Source: Eledone cirrhosa
Taxonomy: Eukaryota
NCBI GenBank assembly: GCA_964016885.1
Contig: OZ024762.1
Span: 26,350,001-26,414,000, forward strand
Reading direction: 5' to 3'
DNA length: 64,000 nt
The notes beneath the pieces are model-generated. The model was not told where the DNA came from and ran no database searches. It saw nothing but the letters and a program-made list of their open reading frames with translations. Position numbers and translations under genes: made by a program. Below, in pieces: positions 41,301-54,838 of this stretch. The stretch's first letter is position 1, and each line of letters opens with the position of its first letter.

Positions 41301-44300
41301 TGTGATGCTATTGTTGTTGTTGTTGGTATAGTTGGTGGACGGGGTGGTTGTGGTGCTATTGTTGTTGTTGTTGTTGGTATAGTTGGTGGACGGGGTGGTT
41401 GTGGTGCTATTGTTGTTGTTGTTGTTGGTATAGTTGGTGGACGGGGTGGTTGTGATGCTATTGTTGTTGTTATTGCTGGTATAGTTGGTGGACGGGGTGG
41501 TTGTGGTGCTATTGTTGTTGTTATTGCTGGTATAGTTGGTGGACGGGGTGGTTGTGGTGCTATTGTTGTTGTTGTTGCTGGTATAGTTGGTGGACGGGGT
41601 GGTTGTGGTGCTATTGTTGTTGTTGTTGCTGGTATAGTTGGTGGACGGGGTGGTTGTGGTGCTATTGTTGTTGTTGTTGGTATAGTTGGTGGACGGGGTG
41701 GTTGTGATGCTATTGTTGTTGTTATTGCTGGTATAGTTGGTGGACGGGGTGGTTGTGGTGCTATTGTTGTTGTTGTTGCTGGTATAGTTGGTGGACGGGG
41801 TGGTTGTGGTGCTATTGTTGTTGTTGTTGCTGGTATAGTTGGTGGACGGGGTGGTTGTGATGCTATTGTTGTTGTTGTTGTTGCTATAGTTGGTGGACGG
41901 GGTGGTTGTGGTGCTATTGTTGTTGTTGTTGTTGCTATAGTTGGTGGACGGGGTGGTTGTGATGCTATTGTTGTTGTTGTTGGTATAGTTGGTGGACGGG
42001 GTGGTTGTGGTGCTATTGTTGTTGTTGTTGTTGGTATAGTTGGTGGACGGGGTGGTTGTGATGCTATTGTTGTTGTTATTGCTGGTATAGTTGGTGGACG
42101 GGGTGGTTGTGGTGCTATTGTTGTTGTTGTTGTTGGTATAGTTGGTGGACGGGGTGGTTGTGGTGCTATTGTTGTTGTTGTTGTTGCTATAGTTGGTGGA
42201 CGGGGTGGTTGTGATGCTATTGTTGTTGTTGTTGTTGCTATAGTTGGTGGACGGGGTGGTTGTGATGCTATTGTTGTTGTTGTTGTTGGTATAGTTGGTG
42301 GACGGGGTGGTTGTGATGCTATTGTTGTTGTTATTGCTGGTATAGTTGGTGGACGGGGTGGTTGTGGTGCTATTGTTGTTGTTGTTGTTGGTATAGTTGG
42401 TGGACGGGGTGGTTGTGGTGCTATTGTTGTTGTTGTTGGTATAGTTGGTGGACGGGGTGGTTGTGATGCTATTGTTGTTGTTGTTGTTGCTATAGTTGGT
42501 GGACGGGGTGGTTGTGATGCTATTGTTGTTGTTGTTGTTGCTATAGTTGGTGGACGGGGTGGTTGTGGTGCTATTGTTGTTGTTGTTGTTGGTATAGTTG
42601 GTGGACGGGATGGTTGTGATGCTATTGTTGTTGTTATTGCTGGTATAGTTGGTGGACGGGGTGGTTGTGGTGCTATTGTTGTTGTTGTTGTTGGTATAGT
42701 TGGTGGACGGGGTGGTTGTGGTGCTATTGTTGTTGTTGTTGTTGGTATAGTTGGTGGACGGGGTGGTTGTGGTGCTATTGTTGTTGTTGCTGGTATAGTT
42801 GGTGGACGGGGTGGTTGTGGTGCTATTGTTGTTGTTGTTGCTGGTATAGTTGGTGGACGGGGTGGTTGTGGTGCTATTGTTGTTGTTGTTGTTGGTATAG
42901 TTGGTGGACGAGGTGGTTGTGGTGCTATTGTTGTTGTTGTTGGTATAGTTGGTGGACGGGCTGGTTGTGGTGCTATTGTTGTTGTTGTTGTTGGTATAGT
43001 TGGTGGACGGGGTGGTTGTGGTGCTATTGTTGTTGTTGTTGGTATAGTTGGTGGACGGGGTGGTTGTGGTGCTATTGTTGTTGTTGTTGTTGGTATAGTT
43101 GGTGGACGGGGTGGTTGTGGTGCTATTGTTGTTGTTGTTGTTGGTATAGTTGGTGGACGGGGTGGTTGTGGTGCTATTGTTGTTGTTGTTGTTGGTATAG
43201 TTGGTGGACGGGGTGGTTGTGGTGCTATTGTTGTTGTTGTTGTTGGTATAGTTGGTGGACGGGGTGGTTGTGGTGCTATTGTTGTTGTTGTTGTTGGTAT
43301 AGTTGGTGGACGGGGTGGTTGTGGTGCTATTGTTGTTGTTGTTGTTGGTATAGTTGGTGGACGGGGTGGTTGTGGTGCTATTGTTGTTGTTGTTGGTATA
43401 GTTGGTGGACGGGCTGGTTGTGGTGCTATTGTTGTTGTTGTTGTTGGTATAGTTGGTGGACGGGGTGGTTGTGGTGCTATTGTTGTTGTTATTGGTATAG
43501 TTGGTGGACGGGGTGGTTGTGGTGCTATTGTTGTTGTTATTGGTATAGTTGGTGGACGGGGTGGTTGTGGTGCTATTGTTGTTGTTATTGGTATAGTTGG
43601 TGGACGGGGTGGTTGTGGTGCTATTGTTGTTGTTGCTGGTATAGTTGGTGGACGGGGTGGTTGTGGTGCTATTGTTGTTGTTGTTGGTATAGTGGGTGGA
43701 CGGGGTGGTTGTGGTGCTATTGTTGTTGTTGTTGGTATAGTTGGTGGACGGGGTGGTCGTGGTGCTATTGTTGTTGTTGTTGGTATAGTTGGTGGACGGG
43801 GTGGTTGTGGTGCTATTGTTGTTGTTGTTGGTATAGTTGGTGGACGGGGTGGTTGTGGTGCTATTGTTGTTGTTGTTGGTATAGTTGGTGGACGGGGTGG
43901 TTGTGGTGCTATTGTTGTTGTTGTTGTTGGTATAGTTGGTGGACGGGGTGGTTGTGGTGCTATTGTTGTTGTTGTTGGTATAGTTGGTGGACGGGGTGGT
44001 TGTGGTGCTATTGTTGTTGTTGTTGGTATAGTTGGTGGACGGGGTGGTTGTGGTGCTATTGTTGTTGTTGTTGTTGGTATAGTTGGTGGACGGGGTGGTT
44101 GTGGTGCTATTGTTGTTGTTGTTGTTGGTATAGTTGGTGGACGGGGTGGTTGTGGTGCTATTGTTGTTGTTGTTGTTGGTATAGTTGGTGGACGGGGTGG
44201 TTGTGGTGCTATTGTTGTTGTTGTTGTTGGTATAGTTGGTGGACGGGGTGGTTGTGGTGCTATTGTTGTTGTTGTTGGTATAGTTGGTGGACGGGGTGGT

Positions 44301-47300
44301 TGTGGTGCTATTGTTGTTGTTGTTGGTATAGTTGGTGGACGGGCTGGTTGTGGTGCTATTGTTGTTGTTGTTGTTGGTATAGTTGGTGGACGGGGTGGTT
44401 GTGGTGCTATTGTTGTTGTTGTTGTTGGTATAGTTGGTGGACGGGGTGGTTGTGGTGCTATTGTTGTTGTTGTTGGTATAGTTGGTGGACGGGGTGGTTG
44501 TGGTGCTATTGTTGTTGTTGTTGGTATAGTTGGTGGACGGGGTGGTTGTGGTGCTATTGTTGTTGTTGTTGTTGGTATAGTTGGTGGACGGGGTGGTTGT
44601 GGTGCTATTGTTGTTGTTGTTGTTGGTATAGTTGGTGGACGGGGTGGTTGTGGTGCTATTGTTGTTGTTGTTGTTGGTATAGTTGGTGGACGGGGTGGTT
44701 GTGGTGCTATTGTTGTTGTTGTTGGTATAGTTGGTGGACGGGGTGGTTGTGGTGCTATTGTTGTTGTTGTTGGTATAGTTGGTGGACGGGGTGGTTGTGG
44801 TGCTATTGTTGTTGTTGTTGGTATAGTTGGTGGACGGGGTCGTTGTGGTGCTATTGTTGTTGTTGTTGGTATAGTTGGTGGACGGGGTCGTTGTGGTGCT
44901 ATTGTTGTTGTTGTTGTTGGTATAGTTGGTGGACGGGGTGGTTGTGGTGCTATTGTTGTTGTTGTTGGTATAGTTGGTGGACGGGGTGGTTGTGGTGCTA
45001 TTGTTGTTGTTGTTGTTGGTATAGTTGGTGGACGGGGTGGTTGTGGTGCTATTGTTGTTGTTGTTGGTATAGTTGGTGGACGGGGTGGTTGTGGTGCTAT
45101 TGTTGTTGTTGTTGGTATAGTTGGTGGACGGGGTGGTTGTGGTGCTATTGTTGTTGTTGTTGGTATAGTTGGTGGACGGGGTGGTTGTGGTGCTATTGTT
45201 GTTGTTGTTGTTGGTATAGTTGGTGGACGGGGTGGTTGTGGTGCTATTGTTGTTGTTGTTGGTATAGTTGGTGGACGGGGTGGTTGTGGTGCTATTGTTG
45301 TTGTTGTTGGTATAGTTGGTGGACGGGGTGGTTGTGGTGCTATTGTTGTTGTTGTTGTTGGTATAGTTGGTGGACGGGGTGGTTGTGGTGCTATTGTTGT
45401 TGTTGTTGGTATAGTTGGTGGACGGGGTGGTTGTGGTGCTATTGTTGTTGTTGTTGGTATAGTTGGTGGACGGGGTGGTCGTGGTGCTATTGTTGTTGTT
45501 GCTGGTATAGTTGGTGGACGGGGTGGTTGTGGTGCTATTGTTGTTGTTGTTGTTGGTATAGTTGGTGGACGGGGTGGTTGTGGTGCTATTGTTGTTGTTG
45601 TTGTTGGTATAGTTGGTGGACGCGGTGGTTGTGGTGCTATTGTTGTTGTTGTTGTTGGTATAGTTGGTGGACGGGGTGGTTGTGGTGCTATTGTTGTTGT
45701 TGTTGGTATAGTTGGTGGACGGGGTGGTTGTGGTGCTATTGTTGTTGTTGTTGTTGGTATAGTTGGTGGACGGGGTGGTTGTGGTGCTATTGTTGTTGTT
45801 GTTGTTGGTATAGTTGGTGGACGGGGTGGTTGTGGTGCTATTGTTGTTGTTGTTGGTATAGTTGGTGGACGGGGTGGTTGTGGTGCTATTGTTGTTGTTG
45901 TTGTTGGTATAGTTGGTGGACGGGGTGGTTGTGGTGCTATTGTTGTTGTTGTTGGTATAGTTGGTGGACGGGGTGGTTGTGGTGATAGTGTTGTTGTTGT
46001 TGGTATAGTTGGTGGACGGGCTGGTTGTGGTGCTATTGTTGTTGTTATTGCTGGTATAGTTGGTGGACGGGGTGGTTGTGGTGCTATTGTTGTTGTTGTT
46101 GTTGGTATAGTTGGTGGACGGGGTGGTTGTGGTGCTATTGTTGTTGTTGTTGGTATAGTTGGTGGACGGGCTGGTTGTGGTGCTATTGTTGTTGTTGTTG
46201 GTATAGTTGGTGGACGGGGTGGTTGTGGTGCTATTGTTGTTGTTGTTGGTATAGTTGGTGGACGGGGTGGTTGTGGTGATAGTGTTGTTGTTATTGCTGG
46301 TATAGTTCGTGGACGGGGTGGTTGTGGTGCTATTGTTGTTGTTGTTGTTGGTATAGTTGGTGGACGGGGTGGTTGTGGTGATAGTGTTGTTGTTGTTGGT
46401 ATAGTTCGTGGACGGGGTGGTTGTGGTGCTATTGTTGTTGTTGTTGTTGGTATAGTTGGTGGACGGGGTGGTTGTGGTGATAGTGTTGTTGTTGTTGGTA
46501 TAGTTCGTGGACGGGGTGGTTGTGGTGCTATTGTTGTTGTTGTTGTTGGTATAGTTGGTGGACGGGGTGGTTGTGGTGATAGTGTTGTTGTTGTTGGTAT
46601 AGTTCGTGGACGGGGTGGTTGTGGTGCTATTGTTGTTGTTATTGCTGGTATAGTTGGTGGACGGGGTGGTTGTGGTGCTATTGTTGTTGTTGTTGTTGGT
46701 ATAGTTGGTGGACGGGGTGGTTGTGGTGCTATTGTTGTTGTTGTTGGTATAGTTGGTGGACGGGGTGGTTGTGGTGATAGTGTTGTTGTTGTTGGTATAG
46801 TTCGTGGACGGGGTGGTTGTGGTGCTATTGTTGTTGTTGTTGGTATAGTTGGTGGACGGGGTGGTTGTGGTGCTATTGTTGTTGTTGTTGTTGGTATAGT
46901 TGGTGGACGGGGTGGTTGTGGTGCTATTGTTGTTGTTGTTGGTATAGTTGGTGGACGGGGTGGTTGTGGTGCTATTGTTGTTGTTGTTGTTGGTATAGTT
47001 GGTGGACGGGGTGGTTGTGGTGCTATTGTTGTTGTTGTTGGTATAGTTGGTGGACGGGGTGGTTGTGGTGATAGTGTTGTTGTTGTTGGTATAGTTGGTG
47101 GACGGGGTGGTTGTGGTGCTATTGTTGTTGTTGTTGGTATAGTTGGTGGACGGGGTGGTTGTGGTGATAGTGTTGTTGTTGTTGGTATAGTTCGTGGACG
47201 GGGTGGTTGTGGTGCTATTGTTGTTGTTATTGCTGGTATAGTTGGTGGACGGGGTGGTTGTGGTGCTATTGTTGTTGTTGTTGTTGGTATAGTTGGTGGA

Positions 47301-48057
47301 CGGGGTGGTTGTGGTGCTATTGTTGTTGTTGTTGGTATAGTTGGTGGACGGGCTGGTTGTGGTGCTATTGTTGTTGTTGTTGGTATAGTTGGTGGACGGG
47401 GTGGTTGTGGTGCTATTGTTGTTGTTGTTGGTATAGTTGGTGGACGGGCTGGTTGTGGTGCTATTGTTGTTGTTGTTGGTATAGTTGGTGGACGGGGTGG
47501 TTGTGGTGCTATTGTTGTTGTTGTTGGTATAGTTGGTGGACGGGGTGGTTGTGGTGCTATTGTTGTTGTTGTTGGTATAGTTGGTGGACGGGGTGGTTGT
47601 GGTGCTATTGTTGTTGTTTTTGGTATAGTTGGTGGACGGGGTGGTTGTGGTGCTATTGTTGTTGTTGTTGGTATAGTTGGTGGACGGGGTGGTTGTGGTG
47701 CTATTGTTGTTGTTGTTGGTATAGTTGGTGGACGGGCTGGTTGTGGTGCTATTGTTGTTGTTTTTGGTATAGTTGGTGGACGGGGTGGTTGTGGTGCTAT
47801 TGTTGTTGTTGTTGGTATAGTTGGTGGACGGGGTGGTTGTGGTGCTATTGTTGTTGTTGTTGGTATAGTTGGTGGACGGGGTGGTTGTGGTGCTATTGTT
47901 GTTGTTGTTGGTATAGTTGGTGGACGGGGTGGTTGTGGTGCTATTGTTGTTGTTTTTGGTATAGTTGGTGGACGGGGTGGTTGTGGTGCTATTGTTGTTG
48001 TTGTTGGTATAGTTGGTGGACGGGGTGGTTGTGGTGCTATTGTTGTTGTTGTTGTTG
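35377..48057. repeat. 12.7-kb minisatellite with a 48/51-bp unit (roughly 255 copies)
   Basis: Unit GGTATAGTTGGTGGACGGGGTGGTTGTGGTGCTATT(GTT)4-5; copy number estimated as length divided by unit size. Confidence 0.98.
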
Positions 48058-48850
48058 TCGCTGCTGATAATGCTGTTTATATACCCCTGGTAATGTTGTT
48101 ATTGCTGTTGTTAATGTTGTTGTTGTTTCTGTTACTACAATTGCGGGTGGTTCAGCAGTTGTTGCTGTAGTTGTTGTTGCTGTACTTGGTAGACGTGGCC
48201 CTTCTGTTGCTATTGTTGTTGTTGTTGTTGTTGTCGTTATTGTTGTTATTTGTGTTACTGCTGATGGTGTTGTTGCTGTTCATGTTGTAGATATTGTTGT
48301 TGTTAATGTTGTTATTGTTGCTGCAGTTTTTGTTGTTATTGTTATTGTTGCTTCTGTTATTGCTGTATGTGTTACTGCTGCTAAAGTTATTGCTATGCTG
48401 TTATTATTATTGTTATTGTTGCTGCTCTAACTGCTGTTGTTGTTGTTGTTGTTACTGAAGCTTCTGCTGCTGCTGCTGCTGCTACCTTTAATTGTTGTTG
48501 TTGTTGTTGTTGTAGTTGTGGTTCTATTGGTGTTGTTGTTGATGCTGCTGCAGTTTGCTGTTGTTAGTGTACTTGTTGTTACTGATGTTTCTTCTGCTTC
48601 TATTGTTATTGTTGTTGATGCTGCTGCAGTTTGTTGTTGTAGCTCTTGTTATTGTTGTTGTTGGTGTTATTGCTGCTGCTGTTGTTAGTGTTCTTGTTGT
48701 TACTGCTGTTTCTTCTGCTTCTATTGTTATTGTTGTTGTTGCTGCTGCTCTAGTGGTTAGTGTTGTTGTTACTGATTCTTCTTCTTCTTCTGCCGCTCTG
48801 CTGCTGCTGCTGCTACCTTTAATTGTTGTTGTAGTAGTTGTTGTTGTTGC
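48058..48850. repeat. Degenerate (GTT/GCT)n low-complexity tract
   Basis: Trinucleotide-rich flank of the array. Confidence 0.85.
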
Positions 48851-49576
48851 GTGTTATACACCAGAGAACAAAGAGAAGCAAAACAACGCCCTTTTGCAAC
48901 TCATTTTCCGCTTCGTATAACATATAGACATTTTCTAACGCAACAAAAACAAACACAGACACACACACTAATACATAACACTCACACATACACATATATA
49001 TACACTCACACATACACACATACAGTCACGTACACACACGCACAACGCATTCACACATACACTCACGTACACACACGCACCACGCATTCACACACATACA
49101 TACACACACATTCACACGTACACACGCACCACGCACAGAAATTTTCTCATGCAACAAAAACAAACACAGACACGAAGACATATACACGCTCACACACACA
49201 CACACACATACACAGACACTCACCCACATTCACACATAATCCACAGACATTCACACGTATACACGCGCACCGCGCACACTAACACACACACATATACACA
49301 TATACTCACAAGTACACATGCACCGCGCTCACTCGCACAAACTCACACACAGTCACACAATCACACACACATACACACACATATATATATAAACATACAC
49401 AAACTCACACACGCAAACCACGTGCGTGCGCACACAAACACACGCTTGCATACGCAAACACACTTGCACTCTCATATTGATGCACACACAGAACCAAATA
49501 TACACGTATGCATCTATCTATCTATCTATCTATCTCTCTATCTATCTATCTATCTCTCTCTCTCTCTCTCTATCTC

Positions 49577-49609
<33 letters not shown>

Positions 49610-49628
49610 CCCTCTCTCTCTCTCTCTC

Positions 49629-49671
<43 letters not shown>

Positions 49672-49822
49672 GTCTCTCAGTCTGTCCCTCTATCTGGTTA
49701 TCAGTCTCTCTTTCTCAATCCCTTTCTCTCATACACAGTCTACCAAACTCTCTCCCCCTCTCTCTCTAAATATTTATATTTGTTTAAGCGTGCGCGTCTA
49801 TGCGTGTACATACCAACATATG

Positions 49823-49866
<44 letters not shown>

Positions 49867-49956
49867 TGCACATACATGCAGAAATGCATATATATATATA
49901 TGTGTGCGTGTGCTTGCACACGCATAAATGAATGTATAACATATGTATATCTGTAT

Positions 49957-50127
<171 letters not shown>

Positions 50128-50141
50128 ATATATATATATAT

Positions 50142-50201
<60 letters not shown>

Positions 50202-50404
50202 AAGCTATATTTGTCTCTTGTGCGTTTGTGTATGTAAATATAGCGCTCTGTGTAAAGGCGGTATTTTCTCCATATTTTCTACGGTTTCTGCTTTGGTGAG
50301 TTCTCTGCATTATTCCAGTATGATTATGGCTGAGAAAGAATGCTTCATCAGCTTCATTCATACAACGTTAATTATGCGAGCAGAGAAACGATTAAAGAAG
50401 CAAA

Positions 50405-50935
50405 TACCAACAGTTAGCTTCACATACACAACCAGCGAAACATACGTACACACATACATACCAACAGTTAGCTTCACATACACACAACCAGTGTAACATA
50501 CGTACACACATACATACCATCAGTTAGCTTCACTTACACACAACCAGTGTAACATACGTACACACATACATACCAACAGTTAGCTTCACATACATACCAA
50601 CAGTTAGCTTCACACACACACGACCAGCGTAACATACGTACACACATACATACCATCAGTTAGCTTCACATACACACGACCAGCGTAACATACGTACACA
50701 CATACATACCATCAGTTAGCTTCATATACACACAACCAGTGTAACATACGTACACACATACATACCATCAGTTAGCTTCACATACACACAACCAGCGAAA
50801 CATACGTACACACATACATACCATCAGTTAGCTTCACATACACACAACCAGCGTAACATACGTACACACATACATACCATCAGTTAGCTTCACATACACG
50901 ACCAGCGTAACATACGTACACACATACATACCAAT
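50405..50935. repeat. Minisatellite with a ~55-bp unit, about 10 copies
   Basis: ATACCAWCAGTTAGCTTCACATACACACAACCAGYGTAACATACGTACACACATAC. Confidence 0.92.
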
Positions 50936-51454
50936 ATATGGCTTCACACGCACGAGCAGCAAAACATGGGTACACACATACACAGATAAACACACAGCTA
51001 GCGAAACATACTCACTTCAACCAGTCACATACATACACACAGATATACAAAACAAGCACATACACACATAGCTTCACACATAGGAGCATCGAAACGCACT
51101 CACACTCACACATACACAAGTAGCTAAACATCCTCACAATCACACACTCAAGCACTCATGTATACACACGCAGCGAAACACACGCACAGTCCCGCACACA
51201 AACCAGTCAGACACACACACATATATAAATATAATTACAAAATGAATAAATATATAAAATATATATGAACATACACAAACGCACCCTCCCCCCACACACA
51301 CACATATTTATATATATATATATAGAGAGAGAGAGAAAGATATACATTTATATGTATATATATACATATAGCCCAAATACATATACATACACACATTGTT
51401 TAGAACTACAAGTGAAGCCATTCTCTTCCTCACATTTTCCAATATATATATATA

Positions 51455-51675
51455 AAGGAGTCGATCGAATTTCGTCAGATCGGACCGAGGAAACAATGTG
51501 TCCATTGGTCTTTCCAATTGCTAATAATATCTATCGGTCGCAACTCCAGGTAGAAGGAGCAACGTGAGATAAAGTGTCTTGCTCAAGGACATAACGCATC
51601 CCCTGGTCTGGGAATCGAACTGACAACCTCACGAATGCGGATCCAGTTCTCCAACCAATCAGCCACAAGCCTTCA
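51455..51675 (-). mobile_element. tRNA-derived SINE family B
   Basis: Minus strand: TGGCTGATTGG (A box), AGTTCGATTCC (B box), then CCTTGAGCAAGACACTTTAT. Confidence 0.75.
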
Positions 51676-51697
51676 TATATATATATATATAAGCTTT

Positions 51698-51730
<33 letters not shown>

Positions 51731-52326
51731 ATGTGTATGTGAGTGTGTGCTTGTGTGTGTCTGTGTATGAGTGTATATGCGTGAGAGAGAGTATGTGCAT
51801 GTCTGTATGTGTATATCTGTATGCGTATGTTTGTATATGTATATGTAATGGCGTGCCTGCCACTCTGAGTTTCGTCTTCAGCAGCTAACACATGCAGGCT
51901 GTTTGAACAAGTCACTCATGTTGCAACTCCAATTCCCAGTCAACCGTACATGTATATTAAACTTGGATTAGCTATTATTATAGTTCAACGCAGCCGCCCC
52001 CGCATCACTAACTGTTTGTTGTCTGTTATAACGCTAGAAGTCAACAGCCCCATCATTATGTTGAAGAAACATTTATATACAAACAGGCACATGCTCGCAC
52101 ATATACACACTCACACATACCCATATACACACCCTCACCTACATGCACACATGCTCAAAATGTGCACAAACTCACACACATACGGGTTTAATCAATACAT
52201 ATAAAATGTATATCGTTAATATTTCTCAGAATAAAGCCCAATAAACATTTCTATATATTTATATATTATCTAAAGACATTTTTTCCAATTCCACCACACC
52301 CGTACCCACCCTCAATCTATCTTATT

Positions 52327-52361
52327 TCTCTGATGAAGGACTAGCCTCCGAAACGTTAAGA
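52327..52361 (+). ncRNA. Minimal hammerhead ribozyme
   Basis: UCU CUGAUGA A-GGA CUAGCC UCC GAA ACGUU A/ AGA; short stem I. Confidence 0.65.
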
Positions 52362-52392
52362 CCCTCTATATCAAGCGTTAACCTAATATATT

Positions 52393-52671
<279 letters not shown>

Positions 52672-52693
52672 GCAAGTATAACAATATATATAT

Positions 52694-53033
52694 ATAATAT
52701 AAGATCAAAAGATGGTTAAAGGAGTTCCATGTATTTTATTAGGCGCATTTCAAAAACAAACATCATCATGTAATAATATTTGTGTTTTCATCAGATAAAA
52801 CAGGAGAACATGATATGAAGGCTAAAAAACACTTGTGGATAGTGCAGTTTTAAATCAACATATAAAACTGATTTAAAACTGCACTATCCACAAGTGTTTT
52901 TTAGCCTTCATATCATGTTCTCCTGTTTTATCTGATGAAAACACAAATATTATTGCATGATGATGTTTGTTTTTGAAATGCGCATAATAAAATACATGGA
53001 ACTCCTTTAACAATCTTTTGATCTTATATTATG
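52694..53033. repeat. Palindromic pLTR with HHR in each arm
   Basis: Arms ~52694-52857 and ~52869-53033; same family as the 3' end of the PLE at 54836-55075. Confidence 0.92.
52926..52992 (+). ncRNA. Type I hammerhead with long stem II
   Basis: UUUUAU CUGAUGA AAACACAAAUAUUAUUGCAUGAUGAUGUUUGUUUUU GAA AUGCGCAU A/ AUAAAA; mirror copy at 52734-52800 (-). Confidence 0.85.
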
Positions 53034-53123
53034 TATACTCCAGTCCTACAAACTGAAGAGTGCTTCTTATCCGATATCTGCATTGCTTTATTGTACTACA
53101 ATAAAACTCACCTCCTACATATA

Positions 53124-53154
<31 letters not shown>

Positions 53155-53156
<2 letters not shown>

Positions 53157-53370
53157 TAGAAAATAGAATAGCTTTCACGGTATTTTTGACTAAAGGAAGT
53201 TTAACCTGATAATGGGGTTTAGAACCCTCAGATAAAAGGAAAAAGATGAGTATTGACGTACATGTACGTCAATACTCATCTTTTTCCATTTATCTGAGGG
53301 TTCTAAACCCCATTATCATGTCAAACTACCTTTAGTCAAAAATACGGTGAAAGCTATTCTATTTTCTAAT
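53155..53370. repeat. Palindrome centred on GACGTACATGTACGTC
   Basis: Arms homologous to 8795-8907. Confidence 0.9.
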
Positions 53371-53405
53371 TTCAAACCTGCTCACTGTTTCAAAACATAC
53401 TTACT

Positions 53406-53563
<158 letters not shown>

Positions 53564-53876
53564 CCAAAAGTTTAATAAGGTTCATTGATTAATCAATGAA
53601 TAAAGTTTTACAATAGATTAGAAATACTCAACAGGGGGGTTTTCTGGAGTTCTTAATATTACTTCAAAATATTAATAAATATAGACATTCATGTGATCAA
53701 ATATATTTTATTATACATGTTTCAGAGGTACTGAGCTGTTTATTCAGTACGTCCTCGTCAATTCCAGTCTTGGCAGTACTGCCAAGACTGGAATTGAACC
53801 ATCAGTACAGTTGAGGTATGACAAACAACAATTTATTTTATCTGATGAGGACGTACTGATGAAATTTAATTTCTCA

Positions 53877-54778
53877 CTCTTACATTTAAGTACCAGCCGT
53901 ACTAAGTGAGAAATGAAATTTCGTCTCATTCTTTTCCATTTATCATTTTCGCTGCGCCCGGCCGACTAACTCACTCGATATGCAAATTAGGCTGCTCAGC
54001 CGTTAATATGCATAAGGAAAGTATATACTTTCAGACGTTCAACCATCTAACAGAAAGGTATACGATGCTGACGATAGCTAATGAGCTTGAAACTAGTACA
54101 TCGTTCCTGTATCAGTGTTGAACAAAAATGTGACGATGGTTGCCTGAACACTGTACGGCGTAATTCGGGCTGTTTGTTTACAAACAAACCGAGCATTATA
54201 ATAAATGTTCGGTAAACCCATACGTACATATATATATATATATGTGTTCATGTATGTATATATATACATACTACTGTACGTCTGTATATATATATATATG
54301 TACGTATACATACATACTCACATTTAAGTACCAGCCGTACTAAGAGTGAGAAATGAAATTTCGTTTCATTCTTTTCCATTTATCGTTTTCAGTGCGCCCG
54401 GTTGACTAACTCACTCGATATGCAAATTAGGCTGCTCAACCGTTAATATGCATAAGGAAAGTATATACTTTCAGACATTCAACTGGATGATTGAACGTCT
54501 TGAAACTAGTACATCGTTCCTGTGTCAGTGTTGACCAAAAAGGGGACGATGGTTGCCTGAACACTGTACGGCTTAATTCGGGCTGTTTGTTTACAAACAA
54601 ACCGAGCATTATAATAAATGTTCGGTAAACTCATACGTACATATATATATGTGTGCTTGTATGTATATATATATACATACTACTGTACGACTGTATAATT
54701 ATATGTATGTACGTATACATACATACTTACATATAAGTACCAGCCGTACTATGAGTGAGAAATGAAATTTCGTTTCAT

Positions 54779-54785
<7 letters not shown>
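53877..54785 (+). mobile_element. Candidate retrozyme, locus 3 (~2.1 tandem units)
   Basis: GTGAGAAATGAAATT recurs at 53906, 54346 and 54755 (periods 440 and 409); second unit lacks the 5' half of the HHR. Confidence 0.8.
54062..54104 (+). ncRNA. Type I hammerhead ribozyme (retrozyme family)
   Basis: ACGAUG CUGACGA U-AGCU AAUG AGCU-U GAA ACUAGU A/ CAUCGU; compensatory stem I change relative to the other loci. Confidence 0.92.

Positions 54786-54838
<53 letters not shown>

Noticed and set aside
35319-48170. 4283-aa ORF and the W/C-rich ORFs as real proteins
   Set aside because: Translation of a stop-free satellite; the start codon lies in a (TA)-rich retrozyme flank and there are no other domains.
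50405-50935. CRISPR-like array
   Set aside because: No unique spacers, no cas genes, eukaryotic context; a plain minisatellite. The same applies to 31395-32130.
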